DNA of 32,000 bases from Desulfobulbus propionicus DSM 2032 (lineage in GTDB: Bacteria > Desulfobacterota > Desulfobulbia > Desulfobulbales > Desulfobulbaceae), in assembly GCF_000186885.1 (NCBI RefSeq), contig NC_014972.1, forward strand, positions 2,940,001 through 2,972,000. The letters are read 5' to 3'. The translations under genes were made by a program, and so were the position numbers. Shown here in pieces: positions 16,226 through 25,082 of this stretch. The notes beneath the pieces were generated by a model that was given only the letters and a program-made list of their open reading frames with translations, did no database searches and was not told where the DNA came from. Every line of letters begins with the position of its first letter. Positions within the stretch are counted from its first letter, which is position 1.

Positions 16226-17944
16226 GTGAACGTAACACCTCTGTGCACAACCGAACCAACCCGAGCATCGTCTATCCGCGCCAGGATGCGAGCCTTGGCG
16301 CTTGCAATCGCCTGCTGTTTGGTGGCCAGCCTTGTGGCATGGCCCCCGGTAAATGCCGCCCAACCAGCCGCTCCGGCAAAGCGTCAGGTGATCTTTCTGC
16401 CCTTTGACGTTGAAATTTCAGGTTCTTACGCGTATCTGCGCACCGGTTTGTCCACCACCCTTGCCAGTCGATTGGCCACCCGCGCCAATATCGCGGCGGT
16501 CGCCCAAGGAGACGCCTCGGAACAAATGGCCGGTGCGCTAAAATCCGGCGAGTATGGCATTTTCAGCCAACGGCTCCGCCAATCCGGGGCGGAATACCTC
16601 ATCATGGGATCGCTAGCCCCCAAAGCCGGCCAATTTGAACTGACCAGCTACGTCTTTTCGCAAACATCGCTCCAGGCCCCCAAAAAGTTTCAACAGTCGT
16701 TTCAAACGGTGGATGACGTCATGACCGCGGTTGACAACCTCGCCTGGGCGATCAGCGGCGCGGTTTTTGGCAAGCCCAAGCCAGAGGCCGCAGCTGGTGG
16801 AGGCTCCGGAATGGCCGCGTTTCAAACCGCGCATCCGGAGCGCGCCTATCGCGAGGGCCTGTTTGCCGGCACGGCAACCGGCCTGGAAGCTGGCGGTCCC
16901 TTTGAGTTGGTCAGCAGTTACCGCAGCAAGGGCATTCCCGCCGAAGCCAGGGACATGAACGCAGGCGACCTCGACGGCGACGGCACGCCCGAGATTGTCT
17001 TGCTGACCAGTTCGGCCCTGATGATCTACAGAAATGAAGAAGGACAGTTCCGCATGCTGGCCACAGCGGAGTTGCCGAACCATCTACGCTATCATTCGGT
17101 CACCCTGGGCGACCTGAACAACAATGGACAGCAGGAAATCTACATCAGCGGCAGCAATGGCGACTATCCCGACTCGTCCGCCCTCGAGTGGAACGGCAAA
17201 AAGGTGACCACCCTGTTTGAACATGTCGGCTGGTACCTGCGGACCATGAGCGCCCCCGGAGAGCCTATCGCGCTCATCGGCCAAAAGACCCCGGTTTCGG
17301 AACGCGATGGCGCCGACATTTACGAGATGGCGCTCGACGGCCGCGGCGGGGTCAACGCGGGCAACAAGCTGCCCCTGCCCCGAGGCATCAACATTTTCGA
17401 CTTTGCCCGGGCCGATCTCGATCGCGACGGCGTGCAGGAAACGATCGTGCTCAACAACAGCAACCGGCTCCAGGTGTACGATGCCTCCGGTAGCCTCCGC
17501 TTTACCAGCAGCGAAATCCATGGGGCGAGCAACAACTTTTTCGGCACCCTAACCAGTCAGAACAATGCGGCCAACTCCGAGAAGGAAACCGTCTGGGTGC
17601 GGACCCGCATCGTGATCGCCGATCTCGACATGGATGGCGGCAATGACGTGCTGGTTGGTCGCAATCGCCTGGAAACGGTCAGCTTCATGCCCAACCTTCG
17701 CTATTTCGACGGCAGCTCCCTGGCCGCCTACACCTGGGTGAACAGCGGTTTGACCCGCCTGTGGGAAACGAAAAAGATTCCCGCGTACATCACCAATTAC
17801 CAGTATGCCGGCACGCAACGGGAGAACGGCCACTATCAGGTTGTCTTTGCCGAGGCCGCAAGCAGTTATCCCTTTGTGTTCTGGAATGCGCCCACCACCT
17901 TTCTCAACAGCTACACCGTGCGCGTCAACGCGGCGGCCAAATAA
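16226..17944 (+). CDS. secreted/periplasmic FG-GAP (VCBS) beta-propeller repeat protein with an N-terminal alpha/beta module
   Basis: GTG 16226 has AGGAG 7 nt upstream. Alternative starts are 16157 (track) and ATG 16286. Signal peptide ...RARMRALALAIACCLVASLVAWPPVNA-AQ. Repeats DLDGDGTPEIVL, DLNNNGQQEIYI, DLDRDGVQETIVL, DLDMDGGNDVLV. Confidence 0.75.
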   Translation: MNVTPLCTTEPTRASSIRARMRALALAIACCLVASLVAWPPVNAAQPAAPAKRQVIFLPFDVEISGSYAYLRTGLSTTLASRLATRANIAAVAQGDASEQMAGALKSGEYGIFSQRLRQSGAEYLIMGSLAPKAGQFELTSYVFSQTSLQAPKKFQQSFQTVDDVMTAVDNLAWAISGAVFGKPKPEAAAGGGSGMAAFQTAHPERAYREGLFAGTATGLEAGGPFELVSSYRSKGIPAEARDMNAGDLDGDGTPEIVLLTSSALMIYRNEEGQFRMLATAELPNHLRYHSVTLGDLNNNGQQEIYISGSNGDYPDSSALEWNGKKVTTLFEHVGWYLRTMSAPGEPIALIGQKTPVSERDGADIYEMALDGRGGVNAGNKLPLPRGINIFDFARADLDRDGVQETIVLNNSNRLQVYDASGSLRFTSSEIHGASNNFFGTLTSQNNAANSEKETVWVRTRIVIADLDMDGGNDVLVGRNRLETVSFMPNLRYFDGSSLAAYTWVNSGLTRLWETKKIPAYITNYQYAGTQRENGHYQVVFAEAASSYPFVFWNAPTTFLNSYTVRVNAAAK

Positions 17945-18096
17945 TTTTCTCTTTTGCCGACGGGGCCTGTCGAGGCCGTCACCCTTCGACGGGCCCCCTC
18001 CCCACCCATCCTCCAACCTCTTGTTTAATCGTTACTCTTTCACATCCCGCACCTGACCATTGCCGGTAAAAATATTTTTACTCAGGTAAAAAAAAC

Positions 18097-18125
18097 TTGA
18101 CGACTAGGTAAACTTACTCTATCGT
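18097..18125 (+). promoter_or_regulatory. candidate sigma70 promoter with an A/T-rich upstream element for the porin gene
   Basis: TTGACG (18097-18102), 17 nt spacer, TATCGT (18120-18125). It is preceded by AAAAATATTTTTACTCAGGTAAAAAAAA. Implies a leader of about 75 nt ending in AAAGGAGAGGAATATG. Confidence 0.4.
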
Positions 18126-18207
18126 GAAGCCATCCAAGATATGTTCAAAAGGGTTTCTCGAACGAGGGGAACCTGTACGCAACATGAGATAAAAAAAGGA
18201 GAGGAAT

Positions 18208-19581
18208 ATGAAAAAAGTACTTGTTGCAGGCGCTGCCCTGATGGTGGCTGGTGGGATGTATGCCGCTACCGCTTCTGCTGCCGCTGTCGAGCCCGGCGTG
18301 AAGATCACCGGCGATGCCCGTGTGCGTTTGTTTTATCAAAATGACAACTACGGTGATTTCGGCAATGATGACGTTGATGAGTCCAACACCGACATGGATT
18401 CCCGCGTTCGTCTGAATATCACCGGGACCGCCGCTGGTGGTGCCTATGCCAAGGCTCGTATCCGCATGTATGAGGGATACACCACCGACATCGACAACGA
18501 CCCAAGCATCTCTTCCCTGGACAACAGCAACATCTGGGTCGACATCGCCCATGTCGGCATTCCGTTCAATGACAACTTCACCCTGGAAGCAGGTAAATAC
18601 CGCTCCACCTACGGCCCCTTGGGCACCACCTACAACTTTTTCTATGATGACGTTCATCTGAGCGGTCTGCGCGGTATCATCAAGTTCAACGACGTGACCA
18701 TCAACCCGTTCATCGAGTGGGTGGAAGAGTCCCAAACCTATGCCAAATATGATGTTGACGGTGATCCAAACACGAAAGATACCGACAATCCAAACAAAAT
18801 CAAAGACAACGACGCCATGCGCTACGGTGCCCATATCAAGGGGCAGCTCAACAAGGATTGGGCGGTTGGCGGTATGCTCGGCTATCAGAGCGATGAACGG
18901 GACGAGGATAATGTTCTTCCGCACCTCAATTATCAGAATGAAGGGTTCTTTGGTTCCATTTACACCAACGGCAAGGTCAACGCCTTTGGCTTTGTCGCCG
19001 AACTCGCCGCCAACGACGGCAATCTGAACAACTTCAACTCCTGGGAAGATGATGCCGACGCGGTTACCGGCCCTGACCTGATCGGCTCCGATGACACCGG
19101 CTTCGGTGGATACATGTTCCCCAACTACCAGATCGACAAATTGAACATCGGGTTGAATCTGGGTTTCACCGATGGCGGTTTTCAACCGGACCGCGCCTTT
19201 GGTTTCGTCATGCTCGGCTCCTCGGATAACAGCAGAATCAGCGCTGCCCGCATCGGCGACACCGGTGACTGGTTCTGGGGCGGCTTGGTGGCCAACTATG
19301 CGATCAACGAATCCCTCAAGCTGACCGGTAACTTGGTTTACGCCGAGGTTGACGCCTGGGATTCCGAAGGTCCCGATGGAGACGGACCGGATACACGGTC
19401 AGGTGCGCTTGGAGCCGCTCTGGACAGCGCATGGGAGTTGTCTGCGGTTCTGCAGTACACCATCAGCAAGGGCGCGGATGTCTATTTCTCCGCCGGCTAC
19501 CTGGCACCCGAATTTGAAGACTCCACCCTGGAAGACGACGGAGCCTTCGGTGCTTTGACCCGCTTCGAGCTCAAGTTCTAA
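18208..19581 (+). CDS. large outer-membrane porin-like beta-barrel (457 aa), Asp/Asn-rich loops
   Basis: Signal peptide MKKVLVAGAALMVAGGMYAATASA-AA. Strong SD AAAGGAGAGG. Amphipathic strands throughout. C-terminal TRFELKF. The opposite-strand ORF 18145-19185 is a shadow. Confidence 0.75.
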   Translation: MKKVLVAGAALMVAGGMYAATASAAAVEPGVKITGDARVRLFYQNDNYGDFGNDDVDESNTDMDSRVRLNITGTAAGGAYAKARIRMYEGYTTDIDNDPSISSLDNSNIWVDIAHVGIPFNDNFTLEAGKYRSTYGPLGTTYNFFYDDVHLSGLRGIIKFNDVTINPFIEWVEESQTYAKYDVDGDPNTKDTDNPNKIKDNDAMRYGAHIKGQLNKDWAVGGMLGYQSDERDEDNVLPHLNYQNEGFFGSIYTNGKVNAFGFVAELAANDGNLNNFNSWEDDADAVTGPDLIGSDDTGFGGYMFPNYQIDKLNIGLNLGFTDGGFQPDRAFGFVMLGSSDNSRISAARIGDTGDWFWGGLVANYAINESLKLTGNLVYAEVDAWDSEGPDGDGPDTRSGALGAALDSAWELSAVLQYTISKGADVYFSAGYLAPEFEDSTLEDDGAFGALTRFELKF

Positions 19582-19614
19582 GCGCTGCCTAGTACGGATT
19601 CTCCTGTAACACGC

Positions 19615-19658
19615 AATCAGGGGAGCAGGTTCTTGGAACCTGCTCCCCTGATTTTTTT
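19615..19658 (+). terminator. strong rho-independent terminator after the porin gene (may also serve the convergent kinase gene)
   Basis: AATCAGGGGAGCAGGTT / AACCTGCTCCCCTGATT forms a 17-bp perfect stem with a 5-nt loop, followed by T7. Confidence 0.9.
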
Positions 19659-19704
19659 ATCTTTCTTTCCCTGCGGACAGCGAAGAGATATCGCTTTCCC
19701 GCCC

Positions 19705-21531
19705 CTACTCCACCACCCGCGGCAGCAGCACCGTGGCCCGCACCCCGCCCTGCTGCCTGTTGTCCAGGGTCAACCGGCCGCCATGATCCTCGACGATCCG
19801 TTTCACCAGGGTTAGTCCCATGCCTGTGCCAACCAGTTTGGTGGTGTAAAACGGATCGGTGGCATGCCGCAGATTGGTTCCTCCCGTACCTGAATCGCGA
19901 ATGAGGATCTTCACCTGCGCCTCTTCAAGGACAACCTCGATGAACAGTTCGCCGCCTTGGGGCATGGCTTCGACACTGTTGCGAATCAGATGGACCAGGG
20001 CCTGCTGAATCAGCCGCGGGTCGGCATCAATCAACGGATCGGTCTCCGGCAGCAGCAGGATCTTCTTGATTCCTTGCGCCTTGATGGCCGCGAGATGGAG
20101 CAGGAGGGACTTGTGAATCAGCGGGATGAGCCGGATCTTTTCGCGCTCCGGCTTGACCTGATCGACAAAACTGAACAAATCCTCCAGGGTTTTTTCGATC
20201 TTTTCCGCCTCGCCGGCCATCATACCGAGGAAGCGCAACCATTCCTTGTTGTCAATTTTCCGGGAAAGAAGACGTGCTGTTCCCCCGATGGCAGTGATCG
20301 GATTGCGGATGCTGTGGGCCAGTTGGGCAGCCATGTGCCCCAGGGCGGAATAGCGCTCGGCCTCGACCAGCAGATCCTTGTTCTTTTGCAGTTCGCTGGT
20401 TATCTCCTCCAGCTCCTTGATTTTCCGTTGCATGTCCACATACAGCCGACAATGCTCGATAGCCAGGCTGGCTTGGCCGGCAAATCCTTCCAGGGCCAGG
20501 ATCCGCTCCTCATCGATCTGGGCACGATTGACGAAATGATCGGCAATGATCACTCCCAGAGCGCGGCTGGGGGAATACAGGGGAACCACCACAAAGGAGT
20601 CTTCCTGGAGCAAGCCGACCAACTCCAAGGGCACTGGATATTCGCTCCGGCCGTCAACGACGTTGATCGATTGCCGATTGCGGACCGCGCGGATCAGCAG
20701 GTTGTCGGCGTCCAGGGCGTCGACCCGCAGGGCGCGGACAATCCGGTTGACTTCGGTGTCCATGGCGGTTTCATTGCGCTGAATACGGACGAACAGGTCG
20801 CGCAGTCCCAATTCCTGTTCCCGCAGATCCCGCCAGATTCGGCTGCCGTCCTCCCGGTTTCCTGGACCGATGGCCAGGCGCCCTTCAAGCACGTCACCAG
20901 CCTCGTTGAACAAGGCCAAAAAGGCGCGGTTGAACTGTAACCCTTCTTCGGCGGTGATCCCTGCCAAGATGGCATGGAGGATTTCATCGAGCTCCACCAT
21001 GCTCAAATAGGCGGTGTTCATTTTCATGGCCAGCTGGTGGGCGAACTGCAAGCGGAAGTTGGCCTGCTCGATCTGCTGCTGGTATTGGCGATTACGGATG
21101 GTCAGGCGCCGTTTTTCCAAAACCCGGCGCAGGGTGGCCAGCAGATCGGTGAAATGTACGGGCTTGGCCAGGTAATCGTCGGCACCGAGCCGAAGGCAGG
21201 CCAACGCTGTCTGCAGATCGGTCACCGCGGTAAGCATGATGACCGCTAAGTCCCGATCATGCTGCTTCAGCTCTGGCAGGAGCTTGATGCCGTCTGCGTC
21301 GGGAAGGCCGATGTCCAGTAACGCCAGCGCCACCTTGTGCATGCCGAGCTGACGGCGCAGGGCATCGGCCGAACCGGCGGCAACCGTGGCAAACCCCTGC
21401 TGGTGGAGAAAATCCTCCAACAGTCCAACGATATCGGCAAAATCGTCGACAATGACGATCACCTCTCCCTCTTCCAGCAATTCTTCGTTGGCTATGGACA
21501 GGGGAGGAGGAAGATGGGACTGCTCAATCAT
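19705..21531 (-). CDS. hybrid sensor: receiver (REC) - GAF - HisKA - HATPase_c histidine kinase (608 aa)
   Basis: REC: VIVIVDDFADI...LALLDIGLPDADG...MLTAV...LAKP. The central region is GAF-like (...FVVVPLYSPSRALGVIIADH...LALEGFAGQASLAIEH). H-box AAQLAHSIRNPIT. N box LVHLIRNSVEAM. G boxes IRDSGTG and GTGMGLTLV. Confidence 0.9.
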   Translation of the reverse strand: MIEQSHLPPPLSIANEELLEEGEVIVIVDDFADIVGLLEDFLHQQGFATVAAGSADALRRQLGMHKVALALLDIGLPDADGIKLLPELKQHDRDLAVIMLTAVTDLQTALACLRLGADDYLAKPVHFTDLLATLRRVLEKRRLTIRNRQYQQQIEQANFRLQFAHQLAMKMNTAYLSMVELDEILHAILAGITAEEGLQFNRAFLALFNEAGDVLEGRLAIGPGNREDGSRIWRDLREQELGLRDLFVRIQRNETAMDTEVNRIVRALRVDALDADNLLIRAVRNRQSINVVDGRSEYPVPLELVGLLQEDSFVVVPLYSPSRALGVIIADHFVNRAQIDEERILALEGFAGQASLAIEHCRLYVDMQRKIKELEEITSELQKNKDLLVEAERYSALGHMAAQLAHSIRNPITAIGGTARLLSRKIDNKEWLRFLGMMAGEAEKIEKTLEDLFSFVDQVKPEREKIRLIPLIHKSLLLHLAAIKAQGIKKILLLPETDPLIDADPRLIQQALVHLIRNSVEAMPQGGELFIEVVLEEAQVKILIRDSGTGGTNLRHATDPFYTTKLVGTGMGLTLVKRIVEDHGGRLTLDNRQQGGVRATVLLPRVVE

Positions 21532-21686
21532 GACGATACCCGGCTGTTATTGTCTCGTTGTTCCAAGGCTTCTGGTTGTTCTACTCTTGAAAAAAAAACG
21601 TGTCAAGCAACAGCACTGGTCATTCTCGGATTGCCTCCCTGTCCTGGTCGTGGTATGGACCACACAACGACGTCAGCCAATCTGCC

Positions 21687-22115
21687 ATGCCCACCGAATC
21701 CCACCAATTGAAAACAATACCCGAAGTAAGCGATACGGAACTGGTGCAAGTCATTGCCGATTTTCTCGCCTTGGGTCACGCCGACAACATCGTGGCCATG
21801 TTCCGCCAGGAACCCCGCTATTTCACCTGGACCGGTCAGCTGCTCACCGACGAACGTTTTGCCGTCCGGCTGGGAGTTTCCGTGCTGTTTGAGCAGTTGG
21901 CCGCATTGTGCCCAGACCTCCTGCCCCTGGCCATCCCCGGCCTGGAGGACCAGTTGCGCCACCCGGTGGATTGGGTGCGCGGCGAGGCGGCCAGCGTGCT
22001 CGGCATCATCGGCACCGAAAGGGCCCTTGCCCCGCTCCCGCAACTATTGAACGACCGCTCACCTCAGGTGGTGGAAATCGTGCGCGACATCCTTGGGCTT
22101 CCCGCTGATGGATAA
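21687..22115 (+). CDS. small HEAT-repeat (PBS-lyase HEAT-like) protein
   Basis: ...LEDQLRHPVDWVRGEAASVLGIIGTERALAPLPQLLNDRSPQVVEIVRDIL is a HEAT-like repeat pair. Track ORF trimmed to ATG 21687, with a weak SD, so the start is uncertain. The 3' end overlaps the dinG start by 8 nt. Confidence 0.6.
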   Translation: MPTESHQLKTIPEVSDTELVQVIADFLALGHADNIVAMFRQEPRYFTWTGQLLTDERFAVRLGVSVLFEQLAALCPDLLPLAIPGLEDQLRHPVDWVRGEAASVLGIIGTERALAPLPQLLNDRSPQVVEIVRDILGLPADG

Positions 22116-24072
22116 TATTTTTGGCCCGAATGGGATTCTGGCCCAACATCTCCCGGGCTACGAAGCACGATCCGGCCAGCTGGCCATGGCCAAGGCCGTG
22201 GCCGAGCTGCTTACCGCAGAGCAACCAAATCAGGCCACTCAGGCTTCCTGCCTGGTGATCGAGGCCGAAACCGGCTTGGGCAAGACTCTCGCCTATCTGA
22301 TTCCGGCCGTGCTCAGCGGCCGCCGGGTGGTGGTGTCCACCCATACTCGCACTTTGCAGGATCAAATCCTGCAAAGGGAAATTCCGCTGATTCTGCAGTA
22401 TATCGATCCCCACCTCAAGGCCCTGTGCGTCAAGGGACGACAGAATTATCTCTGCCTCTACCGCTGGCGGCAACTGCACGCCTCACGACAAACGGAACTG
22501 TTTACCGACACTGCCGAACAGGCCATCGAGGCCTGGCTGGAAAAGACGGTCCATGGCGACCGTTCCGAACTGAGCTGGTTGACCGCTTCGTCGCCCCTGT
22601 GGCAGAAAATCTGCTGCCAATCCCACTTCTGCCTGGGCGCCACCTGTCCCGAAGCGGCCGGATGCCACCTGAACCGGCTGCGTCGCGATGCCGCAGCCAG
22701 TAGGTTGCTGATCGTCAACCACCACCTGCTTTTCTCCGACTTGGCTGTCCGGCGTACAGGATATGGCGAGGTGCTGCCACGCTACGAGTCCGTGATCTTC
22801 GACGAGGCCCATCATGTCGAAAGCGTGGCCACCACTTTTTTCGGTTCCTCCTGTTCCCGTCATCAGCTCATTGATCTGAGCAGCGACGTGGAACGCAGTG
22901 CCGAGGGCGAACTGTCCGGCACAGCACAGCAGACAGTTCGCGCGGCCGTCGCCCGCCTTGCCGGCGCGACCGAACGGCTGACGAACGCGTTTCCCAAGGA
23001 AAAGGGCCGGTTTCCGCTCCCCCCCCTGCTCCGCAATCAGCCGGACATCATCCCGTTGCGCAGCGATCTTCAGGCAGCGCTGGAAAAGCTGGCCGATACC
23101 CTCGAAGGGCTCCCGGAAGGCCCCTGGAATCAATATGCCGATCGCGCCCGGGATTTAGGCGAACGGTTGCAGTCGATCTTGGTGGAGCAGTTTGACGACC
23201 TCCCCCTTGACGAGGTGCAGTTCACCTACTGGTTTGAGCGCAGCGAGCGCAACCTGACCCTCTGTGCCACCCCCGTGGACGTGGCCACGGACCTGCAAAC
23301 CACATTGCTTGCGACGGTCATCTCCTGCGTGTTCACCTCGGCCACCCTGACCACGGCCGGAAAGTTCACTTATTTTCTTGAACGGCTTGGCTTAGCCGCC
23401 GACACCCCCACCCTTTCCCTGACTTCGCCCTTTGATTATCAACACCGCACCTTGCTCTACGTCCCCGATGCGCCCTTTCCCGAACCGGCAGGCGTCGGCT
23501 ATCCGCAGGCCCTGCACGACCGCATGGCCCGCCTGATCACCCACGCCGGCGGCAGGACGCTGTGCCTGTTCACTTCCTTTGCCGCCATGGACCTGGCCCA
23601 TGCCGCCCTCCGCGACCGCCTCCCCTATCCGCTGCTCGTCCAGGGAGAGGCGAGCCGGCGCACCCTGCTGCGCCAATTCAGCGAGCAGACCGATTCCGTC
23701 CTGTTTGCCGTGGCCAGTTTCTGGGAGGGGGTCGATATTCCCGGCGAATCGCTCAGCCTGGTGATTATTGACAAATTACCGTTTGAAGTCCCCAGCGACC
23801 CTGTTATTATGGCCCGGGTCAACCGCATCAAGGCCTTGGGCGGCAACCCGTTCGTCGACTTTCAAACGCCACGGGCCATTCTCACCCTTCGTCAAGGCGT
23901 GGGCCGACTGATGCGAACCGCCAACGACCGCGGCGTTATTGCCATACTCGATACCCGGCTTTTCACCAAGGGGTATGGCCGTCAATTTCTCAAAAGCCTG
24001 CCTCCCAGTCCTTTGACCAGCGACATGGAGAAGGTGGCAGCTTTCTTTCAGAGCAGCAATGAACACACCTGA
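22108..24072 (+). CDS. dinG: DinG/YoaA-family (XPD/Rad3-like) ATP-dependent DNA helicase
   Basis: Walker A EAETGLGKTLAYL. Cys cluster region ...CCQSHFCLGATCPEAAGCHL.... DEAH box FDEAHHV. C-terminal ...SFWEGVDIPG...LIIDKLPF...GRLMRT.... ATG 22108 is preferred over TTG 22093. Confidence 0.85.
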   Translation: MDNIFGPNGILAQHLPGYEARSGQLAMAKAVAELLTAEQPNQATQASCLVIEAETGLGKTLAYLIPAVLSGRRVVVSTHTRTLQDQILQREIPLILQYIDPHLKALCVKGRQNYLCLYRWRQLHASRQTELFTDTAEQAIEAWLEKTVHGDRSELSWLTASSPLWQKICCQSHFCLGATCPEAAGCHLNRLRRDAAASRLLIVNHHLLFSDLAVRRTGYGEVLPRYESVIFDEAHHVESVATTFFGSSCSRHQLIDLSSDVERSAEGELSGTAQQTVRAAVARLAGATERLTNAFPKEKGRFPLPPLLRNQPDIIPLRSDLQAALEKLADTLEGLPEGPWNQYADRARDLGERLQSILVEQFDDLPLDEVQFTYWFERSERNLTLCATPVDVATDLQTTLLATVISCVFTSATLTTAGKFTYFLERLGLAADTPTLSLTSPFDYQHRTLLYVPDAPFPEPAGVGYPQALHDRMARLITHAGGRTLCLFTSFAAMDLAHAALRDRLPYPLLVQGEASRRTLLRQFSEQTDSVLFAVASFWEGVDIPGESLSLVIIDKLPFEVPSDPVIMARVNRIKALGGNPFVDFQTPRAILTLRQGVGRLMRTANDRGVIAILDTRLFTKGYGRQFLKSLPPSPLTSDMEKVAAFFQSSNEHT

Positions 24073-25075
24073 AACACATCCGCCTGTGGATTTGCGCGGA
24101 ACCACGGCGACCGTCACTGCCCGCGTGGAAGCCGCCATGCGCCATGATCTGACCACGGCCCTGGCCGGCTGCGATCCGCTTCTGGGAGAAATCGTCCATT
24201 ATGCCCTGTTCAACGGCGGCAAGCGCATCCGGCCCCTGTTGACCGTGCTCTGTTCCCGGTGCTGCGGCCGGGATGACGCAGAGCTCTACCAGCTGGCCGC
24301 GGCCTTCGAGTACCTGCACGTGGCCACCCTGGTGCACGACGATGTGATTGACCGGGCCGAGCAACGCCGGGGCACCCCCACGGTGGTTGCCCGTCACGGC
24401 CTGACGGCGGCGATTCTCGCCGGTGATTGGCTGCATGCCCACAGCATGCACCTGATCGGCAAGCTGGCGGGTGGCCGCGGCTTGGAAATTTTCTGCCAAG
24501 CCACGGCCTCCATGGTCAACGGCGAATTTGCGCAACTCCGCCTCATCGGCGACATCACCGGAACCGAACAACAGTATTTCGAGGTCATCCGCCAGAAGAC
24601 CGGCAATCTCATTCGCTCCACCTGCTCCATCGGCGCCTTGTTTGCCGGTGCCGACGAGGCCCGACGCACGGCTCTGGCCACCTATGGCGACCGCATTGGC
24701 GCGGCCTTCCAGGTGGTGGACGATCTGCTCGATTTTCTTGGCTCCGCTCACAGAACCGGCAAGACCATTGGCAACGATTTTATTGAAGGAAAACTCACCC
24801 TGCCGCTGCTCCATGCCCTTGAGCGGGCAGACGATCAAGACCGGCACACCTTGAATCAGCTGCTGACAGGAGATCGAACCCGAACCGAAGCCTACCGGCA
24901 ACTGGTCGACCTGATCGGGCGGTACGCGGGGTTCGACTCCGCCGCGCAAACAGCCCGACAACTGGTGGCGGAAGCAATCCAGGCGCTCGCCCCTTTCCAT
25001 GCCTCCGGACAGGAAGGGGAAAACGTTGCCCTGCTCAAACAACTAGCCGAGTATATCCTCGCTCGCACAAAATAA
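24059..25075 (+). CDS. trans-polyprenyl diphosphate synthase (IspB/long-chain family; chain length not determinable here)
   Basis: First DDxxD motif LVHDDVIDRAEQRRG. Second motif FQVVDDLLDF. KT..DF..GK motif GKTIGNDFIEGKLTLP. Overlaps the dinG end by 14 nt. Confidence 0.9.
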   Translation: MNTPETHPPVDLRGTTATVTARVEAAMRHDLTTALAGCDPLLGEIVHYALFNGGKRIRPLLTVLCSRCCGRDDAELYQLAAAFEYLHVATLVHDDVIDRAEQRRGTPTVVARHGLTAAILAGDWLHAHSMHLIGKLAGGRGLEIFCQATASMVNGEFAQLRLIGDITGTEQQYFEVIRQKTGNLIRSTCSIGALFAGADEARRTALATYGDRIGAAFQVVDDLLDFLGSAHRTGKTIGNDFIEGKLTLPLLHALERADDQDRHTLNQLLTGDRTRTEAYRQLVDLIGRYAGFDSAAQTARQLVAEAIQALAPFHASGQEGENVALLKQLAEYILARTK

Positions 25076-25082
25076 TCGCCTC

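Noticed and set aside
18145-19185. 346-aa minus-strand ORF opposite the porin gene
   Set aside because: The translation is Val/Gly/Ile/Asp-rich antisense. The + strand gene has a signal peptide, a strong SD, a beta-barrel C-terminus and a terminator.
19957-20940. 327-aa + strand ORF, and 23990-25042(-) of 350 aa
   Set aside because: They are antisense to the REC-GAF-kinase and to the polyprenyl synthase/dinG 3' end respectively. Both real genes carry unambiguous catalytic motifs.
22108-24072. DinG-family helicase considered as part of a defence system (CasDinG-like or other helicase-based immunity)
   Set aside because: There are no cas genes, CRISPR repeats, nuclease, methylase or other defence partners nearby. 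It has the Fe-S/DEAH housekeeping DinG/YoaA architecture and sits in a tightly overlapped operon with isoprenoid and envelope genes.
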